Of a stretch of DNA of 64,000 nt, positions 49,335 through 58,698 are shown one piece after another. Positions within the stretch are counted from its first letter, which is position 1. Every line of letters begins with the position of its first letter. The position numbers were made by a program, and so were the translations under genes. The notes below the pieces were generated by a model. That model was not told where the DNA came from and did no database searches. It saw only the letters and a list, made by a program, of their open reading frames with translations. The DNA is from an uncultured Eubacteriales bacterium (lineage in GTDB: Bacteria > Acidobacteriota > Aminicenantia > Aminicenantales > Aminicenantaceae): assembly GCA_964440805.1 (NCBI GenBank), contig CAYTTR010000003.1, positions 22,888 through 86,887 on the forward strand, given 5' to 3'.

Positions 49335-49335
49335 A

Positions 49336-50493
49336 ATGCAGCTGTTGAAAAACCCAAAATTCAAGTTCATGAAATTCAAGGTAACTGCTTTCATCCTTTC
49401 TGGAATAATGATTGCTATTGGGATTACAAACATTACAGCAGGAAAAGGATTAAATTACGGAATAGATTTCGCCGGAGGAACACTCATCAGAATTATGTTT
49501 AAAGATCCAATCCCGGCGGGAGAAGTCCGCCTGGCGTTAGAAAACAAGGGATTAGGCAAGAGCCGTATTCAACAACTGGGTCACAGCAGCCAGGAATACC
49601 TCATAAGAACCCTCCAGCACCTGGAAGGCTTGGAACTTGAAGAAGAACTGGAAGCCCATGAAATAATAGGGAACCAGGTTGTAGAAGCTCTTCGTTCTGA
49701 AGAATATGATACTCTGATGGAAAAAGGCCTGCTTGACCTGAATAATATTGATATATCAGAACTCACTTCTCTTCTCCAATCAGATTTTGAAGATGCTTCC
49801 GAGGTTGCAAAACAAATAATAGATCATCGGGTGAACCAGGGAATTATTCACGATTTCTCAAGCCTTCAACAGGAGACCGGAGTTTCTTCAGAAATCATCC
49901 GGTTTTTAGAAAAAAAGACCATCCTCGGGAATTTAACCGTTCTCAGCAAGGAAACAGTGGGACCTCAAGTAGGACGTGACTTGAGAAGAAAAGCCACTCA
50001 GGCTACTATATGGGCTCTTTTTGGAATGCTTCTTTATATTGGTTTTCGTTTCAAGTTTGCCTACGGAGTATCGGCCATCCTAACCCTGACTCATGATGTT
50101 CTGATAACCTTAGGAATATTTTCCCTGACCAACCGGGAAATTAACCTTCCCGTGATTGCTGCTATTCTGACCATAGTGGGTTACTCTCTAAATGACACAA
50201 TTGTTATATTTGACCGTATCAGAGATAATCTTAAAATTCTCCGCAAGCATCCACTTGAAGAAATTATTAACAACAGTTTGAACCAGACCTTGAGCCGTAC
50301 CTTTATCACTTCAGGTACTACTTTCTTGACAGTTCTGGCTCTTTTCATTTTTGGCGGTGAAGTAATAAATGATTTTGCCTTTACTCTGATAGTTGGCATT
50401 ATTGCCGGAACATATTCATCAATTTACCAGTCTTGCCCTTATCTTTTTTACTGGAATAAATTGTTTAAACCTAAAAAAGGGTTAAGAAAATAA
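49336..50493 (+). CDS. secF: protein translocase subunit SecF with an extra roughly 60-aa periplasmic insertion
   Basis: 385 aa, longer than the usual ~320; C-terminal TM bundle; insertion resembles a ComEA-like HhH domain. Confidence 0.85.
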   Translation: MQLLKNPKFKFMKFKVTAFILSGIMIAIGITNITAGKGLNYGIDFAGGTLIRIMFKDPIPAGEVRLALENKGLGKSRIQQLGHSSQEYLIRTLQHLEGLELEEELEAHEIIGNQVVEALRSEEYDTLMEKGLLDLNNIDISELTSLLQSDFEDASEVAKQIIDHRVNQGIIHDFSSLQQETGVSSEIIRFLEKKTILGNLTVLSKETVGPQVGRDLRRKATQATIWALFGMLLYIGFRFKFAYGVSAILTLTHDVLITLGIFSLTNREINLPVIAAILTIVGYSLNDTIVIFDRIRDNLKILRKHPLEEIINNSLNQTLSRTFITSGTTFLTVLALFIFGGEVINDFAFTLIVGIIAGTYSSIYQSCPYLFYWNKLFKPKKGLRK

Positions 50494-50566
50494 TTTTTCG
50501 CTTGTCAAATAGGTTATTTTTTTTTATACTTAAACTGGTAATAAAAAGATATTAAACGAGGTAAAA

Positions 50567-51346
50567 ATGGCTGAAAAAACAAAGCCTAAAAAAAAGAATG
50601 AAATTCCTGATATTTTTGAAGACTCCTTTTTCATTTCAGAAAAAGGAGGTGCCCGGAGAGCCTTAGCTTTTCCCATTGCCCTCCTTCTTCATGCGACTCT
50701 TGTTGCTGCCATGATTGTTATTCCTCTTCTCAACACCACCAACCTTCCCCAAGTCGAAGTCTACAGCGCCTTTCTCGCCCCTCCTCCACCACCTCCCCCC
50801 CCACCACCTCCTCCGGCCAAGAAAAAAGCCAGATCTGAGACCAGAACCCGAATTAAACCTGTCCAAGCTCAGTCAACTATTCAACCCGGCCAATTAGTAG
50901 CACCGGTGGACATTCCAGAAGAAATTGCCGAAGAAGAACTTTCCGATATTGGCATTGAAGGCGGAGTTGAAGGCGGAGTTGAGGGCGGAGTGGTTGGTGG
51001 AGTTCTTGGTGGAGTAGTCGGCGGAGTCCTGGGTGGAGTGGTTGGTGAAGTTGAAGAAGCTCCTGTCAGAGCTGTTGGTGAGATAAAACCGCCTAAACTT
51101 ATTAAAAAGGTAGAACCAACTTACCCCGAAATCGCCCGCCAGGCACGGGTAGAAGGTGTGGTTATTCTGGAATGTATTACTGACATTTATGGACGAGTTC
51201 AGAATGTCAAGGTTCTTCGCTCCATTCCTCTTCTGGAACAGGCTGCCATTGATGCAGTTCGACAGTGGGTTTATGAGCCGATGATTATCAACGGTCGTCC
51301 CAGGGGAGTTATTTTTACTGTTACTGTTATCTTTAAATTGAAATAG
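50567..51346 (+). CDS. tonB: TonB-family energy transducer
   Basis: N-terminal TM, poly-Pro run, Gly-Gly-Val repeats, C-terminal TonB_C. Confidence 0.75.
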   Translation: MAEKTKPKKKNEIPDIFEDSFFISEKGGARRALAFPIALLLHATLVAAMIVIPLLNTTNLPQVEVYSAFLAPPPPPPPPPPPPAKKKARSETRTRIKPVQAQSTIQPGQLVAPVDIPEEIAEEELSDIGIEGGVEGGVEGGVVGGVLGGVVGGVLGGVVGEVEEAPVRAVGEIKPPKLIKKVEPTYPEIARQARVEGVVILECITDIYGRVQNVKVLRSIPLLEQAAIDAVRQWVYEPMIINGRPRGVIFTVTVIFKLK

Positions 51347-51397
51347 TAATTGAAAAGCTAGTAATGGCTTTCGTCATTTAAAAAGGAGGTAAATAAA

Positions 51398-52078
51398 ATG
51401 CAATTTGGTCTAATTGAAATGTGGCAGGCCATGGGAGTTGTGGTCAAGTTTGTTGCCTTTATCTTGATCTTCCTCTCCATCATCACGTTGTATTTTTTCA
51501 TCGAACGGCAGTGGGTCTTCTTTAAAGCTCGCAAAAAATCAAAAGAAATCGCTCCAAAACTTGCTGATCTGATGAAAAGCGGAAAAATCCAGGAGGCCCT
51601 TACTCTTTCTTCGAAAAAAGAGAACAGGGGAAGCCATTTAGCCAGAGTGACTGCTGCCGGCATTAAAGAATTTCTGGAAGGAAAAGAAGTCAATCTTCCT
51701 CTGGAAGAACAAATTGAGTCAGCCCGAAGAGGATGTGAAAGAGCTTCAAACATCTTCACCCAGGAATTAAAGAAAGGCTTAAACACCCTGGCAACTATCG
51801 CTACCTCATCACCCTTTATCGGGTTGTTCGGAACAATCGCTGGAATCATTAACGCTTTCCGGGGGATGGCTCTGACCGGTTCCGGCGGAATCGGTGCTGT
51901 TGCCCAGGGAATCGCTGAAGCTCTGGTAGCGACAGCCTTCGGAATCGGCGTGGCTATTATCGCCCTCTGGTGCTATAACTTCCTTAATACAAGGATAGAA
52001 CTTTACAACTCCGAAATGTCCAATATGAGTTCTGAAATTATCGATTTCTTTGTAAGAAGAACTGAAGGCAAGGCTTAA
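51398..52078 (+). CDS. exbB: MotA/TolQ/ExbB proton-channel protein
   Basis: 3 TM helices; SSPFIGLFGTIAGIINAF motif. Confidence 0.8.
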   Translation: MQFGLIEMWQAMGVVVKFVAFILIFLSIITLYFFIERQWVFFKARKKSKEIAPKLADLMKSGKIQEALTLSSKKENRGSHLARVTAAGIKEFLEGKEVNLPLEEQIESARRGCERASNIFTQELKKGLNTLATIATSSPFIGLFGTIAGIINAFRGMALTGSGGIGAVAQGIAEALVATAFGIGVAIIALWCYNFLNTRIELYNSEMSNMSSEIIDFFVRRTEGKA

Positions 52079-52114
52079 AAAAGCCTTAATCCAACTATAA
52101 TATAGGGGAATAAA

Positions 52115-52540
52115 ATGGCTGTTTCAGTTAAAACAGGAAAAGAAGGCGAAGTTTCAGCAGAACCCAATGTGGTTCCGCTGTGCGATGTTCTTCTGGTGCT
52201 GCTAATCATCTTCATGGTTGTCACTCCCCTGGTACAAAAAGGAGCGGATGTTCGTCTTCCCACTGCTCTAAACACAATTAACCAGCCGGAAAATCCAGAG
52301 GTAGTTTTATCTATTAAAAGAGATGGAACCATATTCGTTAACCAGGATGAAGCTACCATGGATAACCTTCACACGCTGCTCGAAGATGCATTTTTAACCG
52401 CCAGCGATAATAAGTTGTTTCTCAGAGCTGATCAAGATCTTGAATATGGAAAAATAGTTGATGTTATCGATATCCTAAAGAATGCCGGCGTTGAAGTTGT
52501 GGGAATTATTACCGAAAAGAAAACAGAGAAAGCAAGATAA
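52115..52540 (+). CDS. exbD: ExbD/TolR biopolymer transport protein
   Basis: PNVVPLCDVLLVLLIIFMV TM with the conserved Asp. Confidence 0.8.
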   Translation: MAVSVKTGKEGEVSAEPNVVPLCDVLLVLLIIFMVVTPLVQKGADVRLPTALNTINQPENPEVVLSIKRDGTIFVNQDEATMDNLHTLLEDAFLTASDNKLFLRADQDLEYGKIVDVIDILKNAGVEVVGIITEKKTEKAR

Positions 52541-52556
52541 TATCCGCTCGTAGAAC

Positions 52557-53684
52557 CTAACCGGAGTTTTTAAAGTTACAAGCCGCGGGGGAAGAAAGAT
52601 AATTTTCAACATCGTTCTTTCCCCGTGGCTTTTTCTCTAACCCCCCCTCCCAAATTTCCTTTGATTCCATGCAGAAATAAAAAGGAATTTTTCTTCCTTT
52701 GGAAAATTTCCTGAATACATTGATAATGTTAAGATACAGCTCAAGCCTCAAAGGCCTGAAATAGCGCAATTTCCCATCTATTCCAGGAATCATCTCTTCA
52801 TCTGTTATCCTGGTTAAGGGAAACCTATCCTTGATTATTTCCTTCATCTTTCTGGGAAACCTCAGACTTCCTAAGCTAATCCAAGCCATTCTATCCAGGG
52901 GAATTCTTTTTAATAGGCGAACCGAAAGTTCCTCATAATCCTCTCGCCATCCCGGGTAACGGATAATGGGATCAAAATGGAAAGCCACTCTGAATCCTTT
53001 TTTTATAACCTCAACAGCCGCTTCAATTCTTTCCTCCACTTGAGGAGCTCCTTTTTCCTCCATTTTTACTATAAAAGGAGTGTTTAACGACCAGGAAATA
53101 ATAATATTACTGGCTGGCTCTTCTTTTATTACATTGGCTATATTTGTTGTTTTTGTCTTTAATTCAAAAAGGGCTGATGGTTTTTTCCGGAAAAATGAAA
53201 TTAATTCTCTTGAGTGATTGGTAAGATGATCCAGAGCTAAAGAATCAGATAGCTCTCCTGTGCCTATCCGGAATCTTCTTCCCTTCTTTTTTTTTATAAA
53301 ACAATCAAGTTCTCTCCAGAGTTTATTCCGGTTAACATAAACAGTAATAGCTGGAACAGAGAGGTAATCCTGGAGGATGCAGTATGAGCAATCTAAGGGA
53401 CATTGATAATCAAGGTTAATTATAAAATAATTACATCCCATATAATGAGGAGTGCAGGGACAGGATTTAACGAACTCTCCTGGCTGAGTGTCCAGAAGCA
53501 GGATCTTTTTGCTTTCACCTATAGGGTCAAATGATTGTTCAATCTCAGGAAAAATCTCTAAAGACTCATCTACTGTTTCAACCGGTATTGAGGACAGAGA
53601 ATTCATTATTCGCCTGGATAAATCATATTTCAAGGCGTTTGAAGTAATAAAAAGTTTTTCTGGAAAAAACAAATCACTCTTCAT
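52557..53684 (-). CDS. spore photoproduct lyase (SplB) family radical SAM protein
   Basis: CPLDCSYCILQ aligns with B. subtilis SplB CMGHCHYCYLQ; further collinear blocks (ITVYVNRNKL, LALDHLTNHSRELISFF, IIISWSLNTPFIVKMEEKGAPQVEERIEAAVEVIKKGFRVAFHFDPI). Confidence 0.7.
   Translation of the reverse strand: MKSDLFFPEKLFITSNALKYDLSRRIMNSLSSIPVETVDESLEIFPEIEQSFDPIGESKKILLLDTQPGEFVKSCPCTPHYMGCNYFIINLDYQCPLDCSYCILQDYLSVPAITVYVNRNKLWRELDCFIKKKKGRRFRIGTGELSDSLALDHLTNHSRELISFFRKKPSALFELKTKTTNIANVIKEEPASNIIISWSLNTPFIVKMEEKGAPQVEERIEAAVEVIKKGFRVAFHFDPIIRYPGWREDYEELSVRLLKRIPLDRMAWISLGSLRFPRKMKEIIKDRFPLTRITDEEMIPGIDGKLRYFRPLRLELYLNIINVFRKFSKGRKIPFYFCMESKEIWEGGLEKKPRGKNDVENYLSSPAACNFKNSG
52580..52636 (+). 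terminator. candidate intrinsic terminator for the tonB-exbBD transcript (imperfect GC hairpin plus T-run) lying inside the 3' end of the convergent gene
   Basis: gccgcgggggaagaaag...ctttccccgtggc then tttttctct. Confidence 0.25.
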
Positions 53685-54633
53685 CGGAAAAAAGGGAAAA
53701 CAATCTGTTTATTGATTCTGATTCAACCGTATTTCCGAGTCTTTCTACTTTTTCTTTAAATCCCTGCTTGCTGGAAAAGGAAAAGGACAGGGTATATTCA
53801 TTTTTTTCAAAAAAAGGAGAAGGCTTCAGCTTTATATCTTTTGGCCAATCAAGGTCAAAGAGAATTTTTTCTACTTTTTTCGTAGTTCTGTAAAAAAACG
53901 GATAATACTTCTTCCTCAAAAACTCCAAGAATCTCTCCGCTTTCTGGACTTCACTTACTTTATATTCTGACCAGATAATCTCCACTTCCCTTGATTTCAA
54001 AATATCAAGAGGACTCCTCCTTTCTCTTTTTGATATTCCAGTGAGGAGTTCAAATGTTTCTCTAATTTTATTTCTTCCGAAAGTCTTAAGCTTAGGCACA
54101 AGTAACTTTTGCTCCTTTTTGTTATAATCCAGAAAAAGACGTGCAATCTGAAATGGAAGTTTTTTTTCAAAAATCATTCCTTTTGCCCGGTAGTCCAATT
54201 GAGTAATTCTAACGAAATCCTGGATATATTTAATTGACCGGGGAATTTCTAAAGGGAGACAGTATTTTTCTAAAATTACTGAATCAGCCGAACCGAAGCT
54301 TTTTACTTTTTTTACTACTTCTGCTTTTTCCAGAACATCGAAATCCCTGGAGGACAGATTTTCCTGAAGGATTTTGAAAAACATCTCAGCATCTTTGGCT
54401 TCCTCAATAATTTGAAAAGGGACTTCCTTGAGACCTAATTCCTGGCAAACTAATAAACGCCGCCACCCAGAAGCTAATACAAACCGACCTTTACGTTCAA
54501 CTAACCAAACCGGATAATTTATTCCACTACATTCTATTGAGCGTCGAAGTTTACTTTTATCGAAAAAATAAGACGTCCGGAACCTTTCATCTCGAAGATT
54601 AATCTCCTCAATAGATATCATTTTCTTGTTCAT
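53674..54633 (-). CDS. ParB/Srx-like N-terminal domain protein (ParB-family CTPase-fold DNA-binding protein)
   Basis: N-terminal YPVWLVERKGRFVLASGWRRLLVCQELG resembles the ParB box II GERRxRA region; 11-nt overlap with the downstream radical SAM gene. Confidence 0.5.
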   Translation of the reverse strand: MNKKMISIEEINLRDERFRTSYFFDKSKLRRSIECSGINYPVWLVERKGRFVLASGWRRLLVCQELGLKEVPFQIIEEAKDAEMFFKILQENLSSRDFDVLEKAEVVKKVKSFGSADSVILEKYCLPLEIPRSIKYIQDFVRITQLDYRAKGMIFEKKLPFQIARLFLDYNKKEQKLLVPKLKTFGRNKIRETFELLTGISKRERRSPLDILKSREVEIIWSEYKVSEVQKAERFLEFLRKKYYPFFYRTTKKVEKILFDLDWPKDIKLKPSPFFEKNEYTLSFSFSSKQGFKEKVERLGNTVESESINRLFSLFSDEE

Positions 54634-54690
54634 AGAACTTATTTTATGAGAAATCAGAGTTTTTAGTCCACCCTATAAAACGGTTTTTTT

Positions 54691-54822
54691 CGTTTATTTA
54701 GTTTATTTCGTTTATTTAGCTTGAAAATACGGAATCCGGTCTGTTCAATCTATTCGGTTAAGTCAACTTATTCTTTAAGTTTAGATTGTGTGAGAAGGGC
54801 GAGACGAGCGAGAAAAGCAGCC
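54691..54822. repeat. composite intergenic repeat (array CGTTTATTTAGTTTATTTCGTTTATTTAG, GGTCTGTTCAATCTATTCGGTT, GAG-box GAGAAGGGCGAGACGAGCGAGAAAAGC)
   Basis: homologous modules at 6 other loci. Confidence 0.6.
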
Positions 54823-54996
54823 GGTATCCGCAGAAATGATAAAGGTACATTTTCATCCATAGCAGGTGGCAAGGCCGCCATGAGAAACCCATTTCTATTT
54901 AAGGCCGATATACCCTCTGGACTTGAGAGCATCAGATTTCTGAGACACCCCGGTCTTTACTCATTCATTTAATTTTGTTATTTTTGGCTGAAAGAA

Positions 54997-55707
54997 ATGA
55001 GAGAAAAATCAATAGTCAAGCCTTCCCTGTTGAAAGATATAAAGGTAAAAAGGGCTTTTTACCTACCCTTTGATAGACCTGGATCGAGCATCTGGAAAGA
55101 ACTTAAAAAAAATGCCAGCAAGAAAAAAGAACTCGGTTACGGAGTGCTTTTCTATCTCCCGCAAGCATTGGTTCTTTGCCAGTCTGTAGGAGCTCCAGCT
55201 GCTATCATTGGTCTGGAACAACTGACTGTTTCCGGTCTTTCTGAAGTAGTTCTGCTTGGTTGGTGCGGAGCCTTGAACAGGAATAGAAAAATTGGAGAGG
55301 CGGTAAGTATCTATCAAGCTTATTCCAATGAAGGAACCTCCAGCCATTATTTTCCCCGTAAAAAAGTATTTTACCCTGACAAGCTGCTCAAAAAGAGACT
55401 GGAACAGAAATTGATTTCACTGGGTTTATCCTTTACTGAAGGAAACCTTGTTTCAACAGATGCACCTTACCGGGAAACACCATCCTGGATACTCAGGCAA
55501 AAAGAAAAAAATATCGGTTTTGTGGACATGGAAGCATCAGCTGTTTTTGCCTGGGCGAAATTCCGTCATATCAAGGCTGCAGCCTTGATGATAGTAAGCG
55601 ACCTGGTTGAACCCAATTGTTGGACTCCCGGTTTTGGCAACAGATATTTTACTTCCCAGGTTAAAAATTACTTTTTGCCTCTACTTTTTACTGAAAATCC
55701 ATTTTAG
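54997..55707 (+). CDS. PNP_UDP_1 family nucleoside phosphorylase/nucleosidase (MTA/SAH nucleosidase- or futalosine hydrolase-like)
   Basis: GFVDMEASAVFAWA matches the family-1 nucleosidase motif. Confidence 0.55.
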   Translation: MREKSIVKPSLLKDIKVKRAFYLPFDRPGSSIWKELKKNASKKKELGYGVLFYLPQALVLCQSVGAPAAIIGLEQLTVSGLSEVVLLGWCGALNRNRKIGEAVSIYQAYSNEGTSSHYFPRKKVFYPDKLLKKRLEQKLISLGLSFTEGNLVSTDAPYRETPSWILRQKEKNIGFVDMEASAVFAWAKFRHIKAAALMIVSDLVEPNCWTPGFGNRYFTSQVKNYFLPLLFTENPF

Positions 55708-55721
55708 CGAGGAGGAAAAGA

Positions 55722-56681
55722 ATGAAACCTAAGGTTCTAATCACCAGGGATATTCTTCAAGAGGCTGAAAAATATTTAAAACAACATGTTACCTGTGAGA
55801 TGGCCGCTACCGGCCGCCGGCCTTCCAAAAAAGAAATTATCAGAAAAATCGGGGATAAACAGGGCTTGTATACCCTTCTTGTTGATGAAATTGACCGGGA
55901 AATAATCGATGCTGGCCGGGAACTAAAAATTATTGCCAACTGTGCCGTCGGATATGACAATATTGACGTCAACTATGCCAGGAGAAAAGGAATTATGGTG
56001 ACTAATACACCAGGAGTATTAACCGAAACCACAGCCGACCTAACCTGGGCCTTAATTCTGGCCACGGCCCGGCGTCTTCCGGAGGCTGACCGGTACATTA
56101 GAGAAGGAAAATTCAAGGGCTGGGAACTCGATCTGTTTCTGGGACAAGAAGTTACTGACAAACAACTGGGCATAATCGGAATGGGGCGGATTGGCCGGAC
56201 AGTGGCCAAGAAAGCCCTGGGTTTTCAAATGAAAGTGGTCTATTGTGATCCAAATAAACTTTCTTCTTTAGAGGAAAAAGAACTGCGTGCCTCTTACCTT
56301 TCATTTGAAGAGCTTTTATCTACTTCAGATATAGTTACCATCCATACTTCCTTGACTTCTCAAACCCATCACCTGATTTCAAAAAAAGAATTCCAGTTGA
56401 TGAAAAAAGAGGCTATCCTGATCAATGCTGCCCGGGGACCGGTGATTGACGAAAAAGCCTTGGCTGAGGCTTTGGAAAAGAAAATTATTTGGGGAGCTGG
56501 CCTGGACGTTTATGAAGAAGAACCAAAGGTAGAACCACGTCTTCTCGGATTAAAAAACGTTGTCCTTTTGCCTCATATCGGCAGTGCTTCTTATGAGACC
56601 CGGCTAAAGATGGCTTTGACCGCAACCAAGAATTTACTCAAGGGACTCAAAGGAGAAAAACCAGATAATCTTATCTGGTAA
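55722..56681 (+). CDS. D-isomer-specific 2-hydroxyacid dehydrogenase (glyoxylate/hydroxypyruvate reductase-like)
   Basis: GIIGMGRIGRTVAKKA NAD-binding motif; catalytic region INAARGPVIDEKAL...LPHIGSAS. Confidence 0.85.
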   Translation: MKPKVLITRDILQEAEKYLKQHVTCEMAATGRRPSKKEIIRKIGDKQGLYTLLVDEIDREIIDAGRELKIIANCAVGYDNIDVNYARRKGIMVTNTPGVLTETTADLTWALILATARRLPEADRYIREGKFKGWELDLFLGQEVTDKQLGIIGMGRIGRTVAKKALGFQMKVVYCDPNKLSSLEEKELRASYLSFEELLSTSDIVTIHTSLTSQTHHLISKKEFQLMKKEAILINAARGPVIDEKALAEALEKKIIWGAGLDVYEEEPKVEPRLLGLKNVVLLPHIGSASYETRLKMALTATKNLLKGLKGEKPDNLIW

Positions 56682-56710
56682 AAAAGAAATCAAAGTTATA
56701 GAAGAAATAA

Positions 56711-57550
56711 TTATTCTTTTTTGGGAGTAGGTTTTTTCAAGGCTTCATTCATGCTTCCCGAACGGTATCCCTGAAGATCAAGAGTGATATATACAAACCC
56801 CAGGACTTTCAATTGACTGCAGACATTAATTCTTATTTCGTTGTTTAAAAACCTGTTCAGTTCCTTTTCGCCTACTTCAATCCGGGCTGTTTCTCCATGA
56901 TGACGAACCCGGACCTGCCGGAAACCTAAGGATAGAAGAAAATCTTCGGCTTTCCCTACTCTCAGCAGTCCTTCCCGGTCAATAGGATGTTCATAGGGAA
57001 ACCGGGAAGCTAAACAGGCAAGTGATGGTTTATTCCAGGTAGGAAGACCAATTTTATGTGACAGTAATCTGATTTCTTCTTTGTTCAAACCCACCTCCTG
57101 GAGGGGTGAACGTACTCCCAGCTCTCTCCCGGCTTTAGCTCCGGGCCTGTAATCACTCAGATCATCAGCATTGGCGCCGTCCAGAACATAAGCGAGGCCT
57201 TTCTCCCCGGCTATATGAGTTAAATTGGAAAACAACTCTTTCTTGCAATGATAACACCTGTCAGCAGGATTCTTAATGAATTCAGAATGTTCCAGTTCGT
57301 TGGTTTCAATTAATTTAAAAGGAAGGCCCAAATCCCGGGCCAGTTGAACAGCCTGATCGATTTCTTTTTGAGGATAAGTCTCTGAAGTAGCAATAACTGC
57401 CATAAAGCGGCTTCCTAAAACATCAAAAGCAGTTTTGGCCAGGAAGGTAGAATCTACTCCTCCAGAAAAAGCCACCAAGACACTGCTCATCTCACCAATG
57501 ATATTTTTAAGTTTCTGATATTTTTTCTCAGTTGATGAGGGAATACCCAT
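56711..57550 (-). CDS. PP-loop ATP pyrophosphatase, LarE-like (TIGR00268 family)
   Basis: VAFSGGVDST PP-loop motif; about 280 aa typical for LarE-like proteins. Confidence 0.7.
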   Translation of the reverse strand: MGIPSSTEKKYQKLKNIIGEMSSVLVAFSGGVDSTFLAKTAFDVLGSRFMAVIATSETYPQKEIDQAVQLARDLGLPFKLIETNELEHSEFIKNPADRCYHCKKELFSNLTHIAGEKGLAYVLDGANADDLSDYRPGAKAGRELGVRSPLQEVGLNKEEIRLLSHKIGLPTWNKPSLACLASRFPYEHPIDREGLLRVGKAEDFLLSLGFRQVRVRHHGETARIEVGEKELNRFLNNEIRINVCSQLKVLGFVYITLDLQGYRSGSMNEALKKPTPKKE

Positions 57551-57560
57551 GTTTTCTCCT

Positions 57561-58691
57561 TCACTCCGGATTGGTTTTATTAGCTAAAGACCTTACTTCT
57601 TCAACAAATATATCAATAATTTCATCTTCTTTCACCCGGCGATAAAGCTCTCCTTTTTTGAAAATAACTCCTGCTTCCTTACCGCAGGCAAGGCCAATAT
57701 CAGCTTCCTTGGCCTCTCCAGGACCATTGACCACACAGCCCATAACAGCTACCGTCAAAGGAGTCTTGAGACTGGAAAGTTTTTTTTCGATTTCTGAGGC
57801 AATAGAAAACAGGTTGACCTGACAACGGCCGCAAACAGGACAGGAAACAATATTAACTCCCCGTTGGCGAAGACCAAGCGAGGAAAGAATAAGATAACCC
57901 ACTCGAACTTCTTCTTCTGGCGGTGCTGTCAATGAAACTCTTAATGTATCTACCAATCCTTGTGAAAGAAGAAGAGTCAGGCCAGCAGTGGATTTTACAG
58001 TCCCTGGAATCATTCCTCCGGCCCCGGTGATCCCTGCATGAAATGGATAGTCTACTTCCCTGGCCAGCAACTGATAGGCTTTCAGAGTTCTGAAAACGTC
58101 TGAAGCTTTGAGAGAAACCTTAATTATGTCAAATCCAAGATCCTCTAAAATTCTAATATGACGAAGGGCACTTTCCACCATTGCCTCAGGAACAGCTCCC
58201 AGGTACTTTTCCAGAAGCTCTTTCTCCAGGGAACCTGAATTGACTCCTATCCGGATGGGAATTTTTCTTTTCAAGGCAGCCAGAACAACTTCCCTGACCT
58301 TTTTTTTTGATCCGATATTTCCTGGATTTAACCTCAGACCATCCACCCCTGCTTCCAAGGAAGCAAGAGCCAAGCGGTGGTCGAAATGAATATCAGCCAC
58401 CAGAGGAAGAGAAACCTCTTTCTTGATTTTAAAAAGAGAAGCAACAGCATCCATGTCCGGAACAGCCAACCTGATAATTTCACAACCAGCTTCTTCCAAA
58501 CTCCGGATCTGGGCTAAAGTAGCCTTGACGTCACTGGTACTGGTTTTGGTCATGGATTGTACAACTACAGGAGAATCCCCTCCCACCACTACTTTCCCTA
58601 ACTTTATGGGCTTGGTCTTTCTTCTCTTGAATCTCCCGGATAATAATGAAGGAAAACAAGGAGAGTCCGGTTTTCTTTGCTTTCCGCCCAT
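57561..58691 (-). CDS. ispG: 4-hydroxy-3-methylbut-2-enyl diphosphate synthase (IspG/GcpE)
   Basis: VVVGGDSPVVVQSMTKT, C-terminal Fe-S cysteines CPVCGRC. Confidence 0.9.
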   Translation of the reverse strand: MGGKQRKPDSPCFPSLLSGRFKRRKTKPIKLGKVVVGGDSPVVVQSMTKTSTSDVKATLAQIRSLEEAGCEIIRLAVPDMDAVASLFKIKKEVSLPLVADIHFDHRLALASLEAGVDGLRLNPGNIGSKKKVREVVLAALKRKIPIRIGVNSGSLEKELLEKYLGAVPEAMVESALRHIRILEDLGFDIIKVSLKASDVFRTLKAYQLLAREVDYPFHAGITGAGGMIPGTVKSTAGLTLLLSQGLVDTLRVSLTAPPEEEVRVGYLILSSLGLRQRGVNIVSCPVCGRCQVNLFSIASEIEKKLSSLKTPLTVAVMGCVVNGPGEAKEADIGLACGKEAGVIFKKGELYRRVKEDEIIDIFVEEVRSLANKTNPE

Positions 58692-58698
58692 TCAAACC

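Noticed and set aside
53674-54633. Chromosome-partitioning ParB
   Set aside because: No parA neighbour and no gidB/oriC context. The sequence beyond the N-terminal domain does not resemble canonical ParB/Noc HTH and dimerisation regions, so it is called a ParB-like domain protein.
54721-54972. 83-aa ORF upstream of the nucleoside phosphorylase-like gene
   Set aside because: Spans the array/GAG-box repeat island. The Arg-rich sequence RRARRARKAAGIRR derives from the GAG box.
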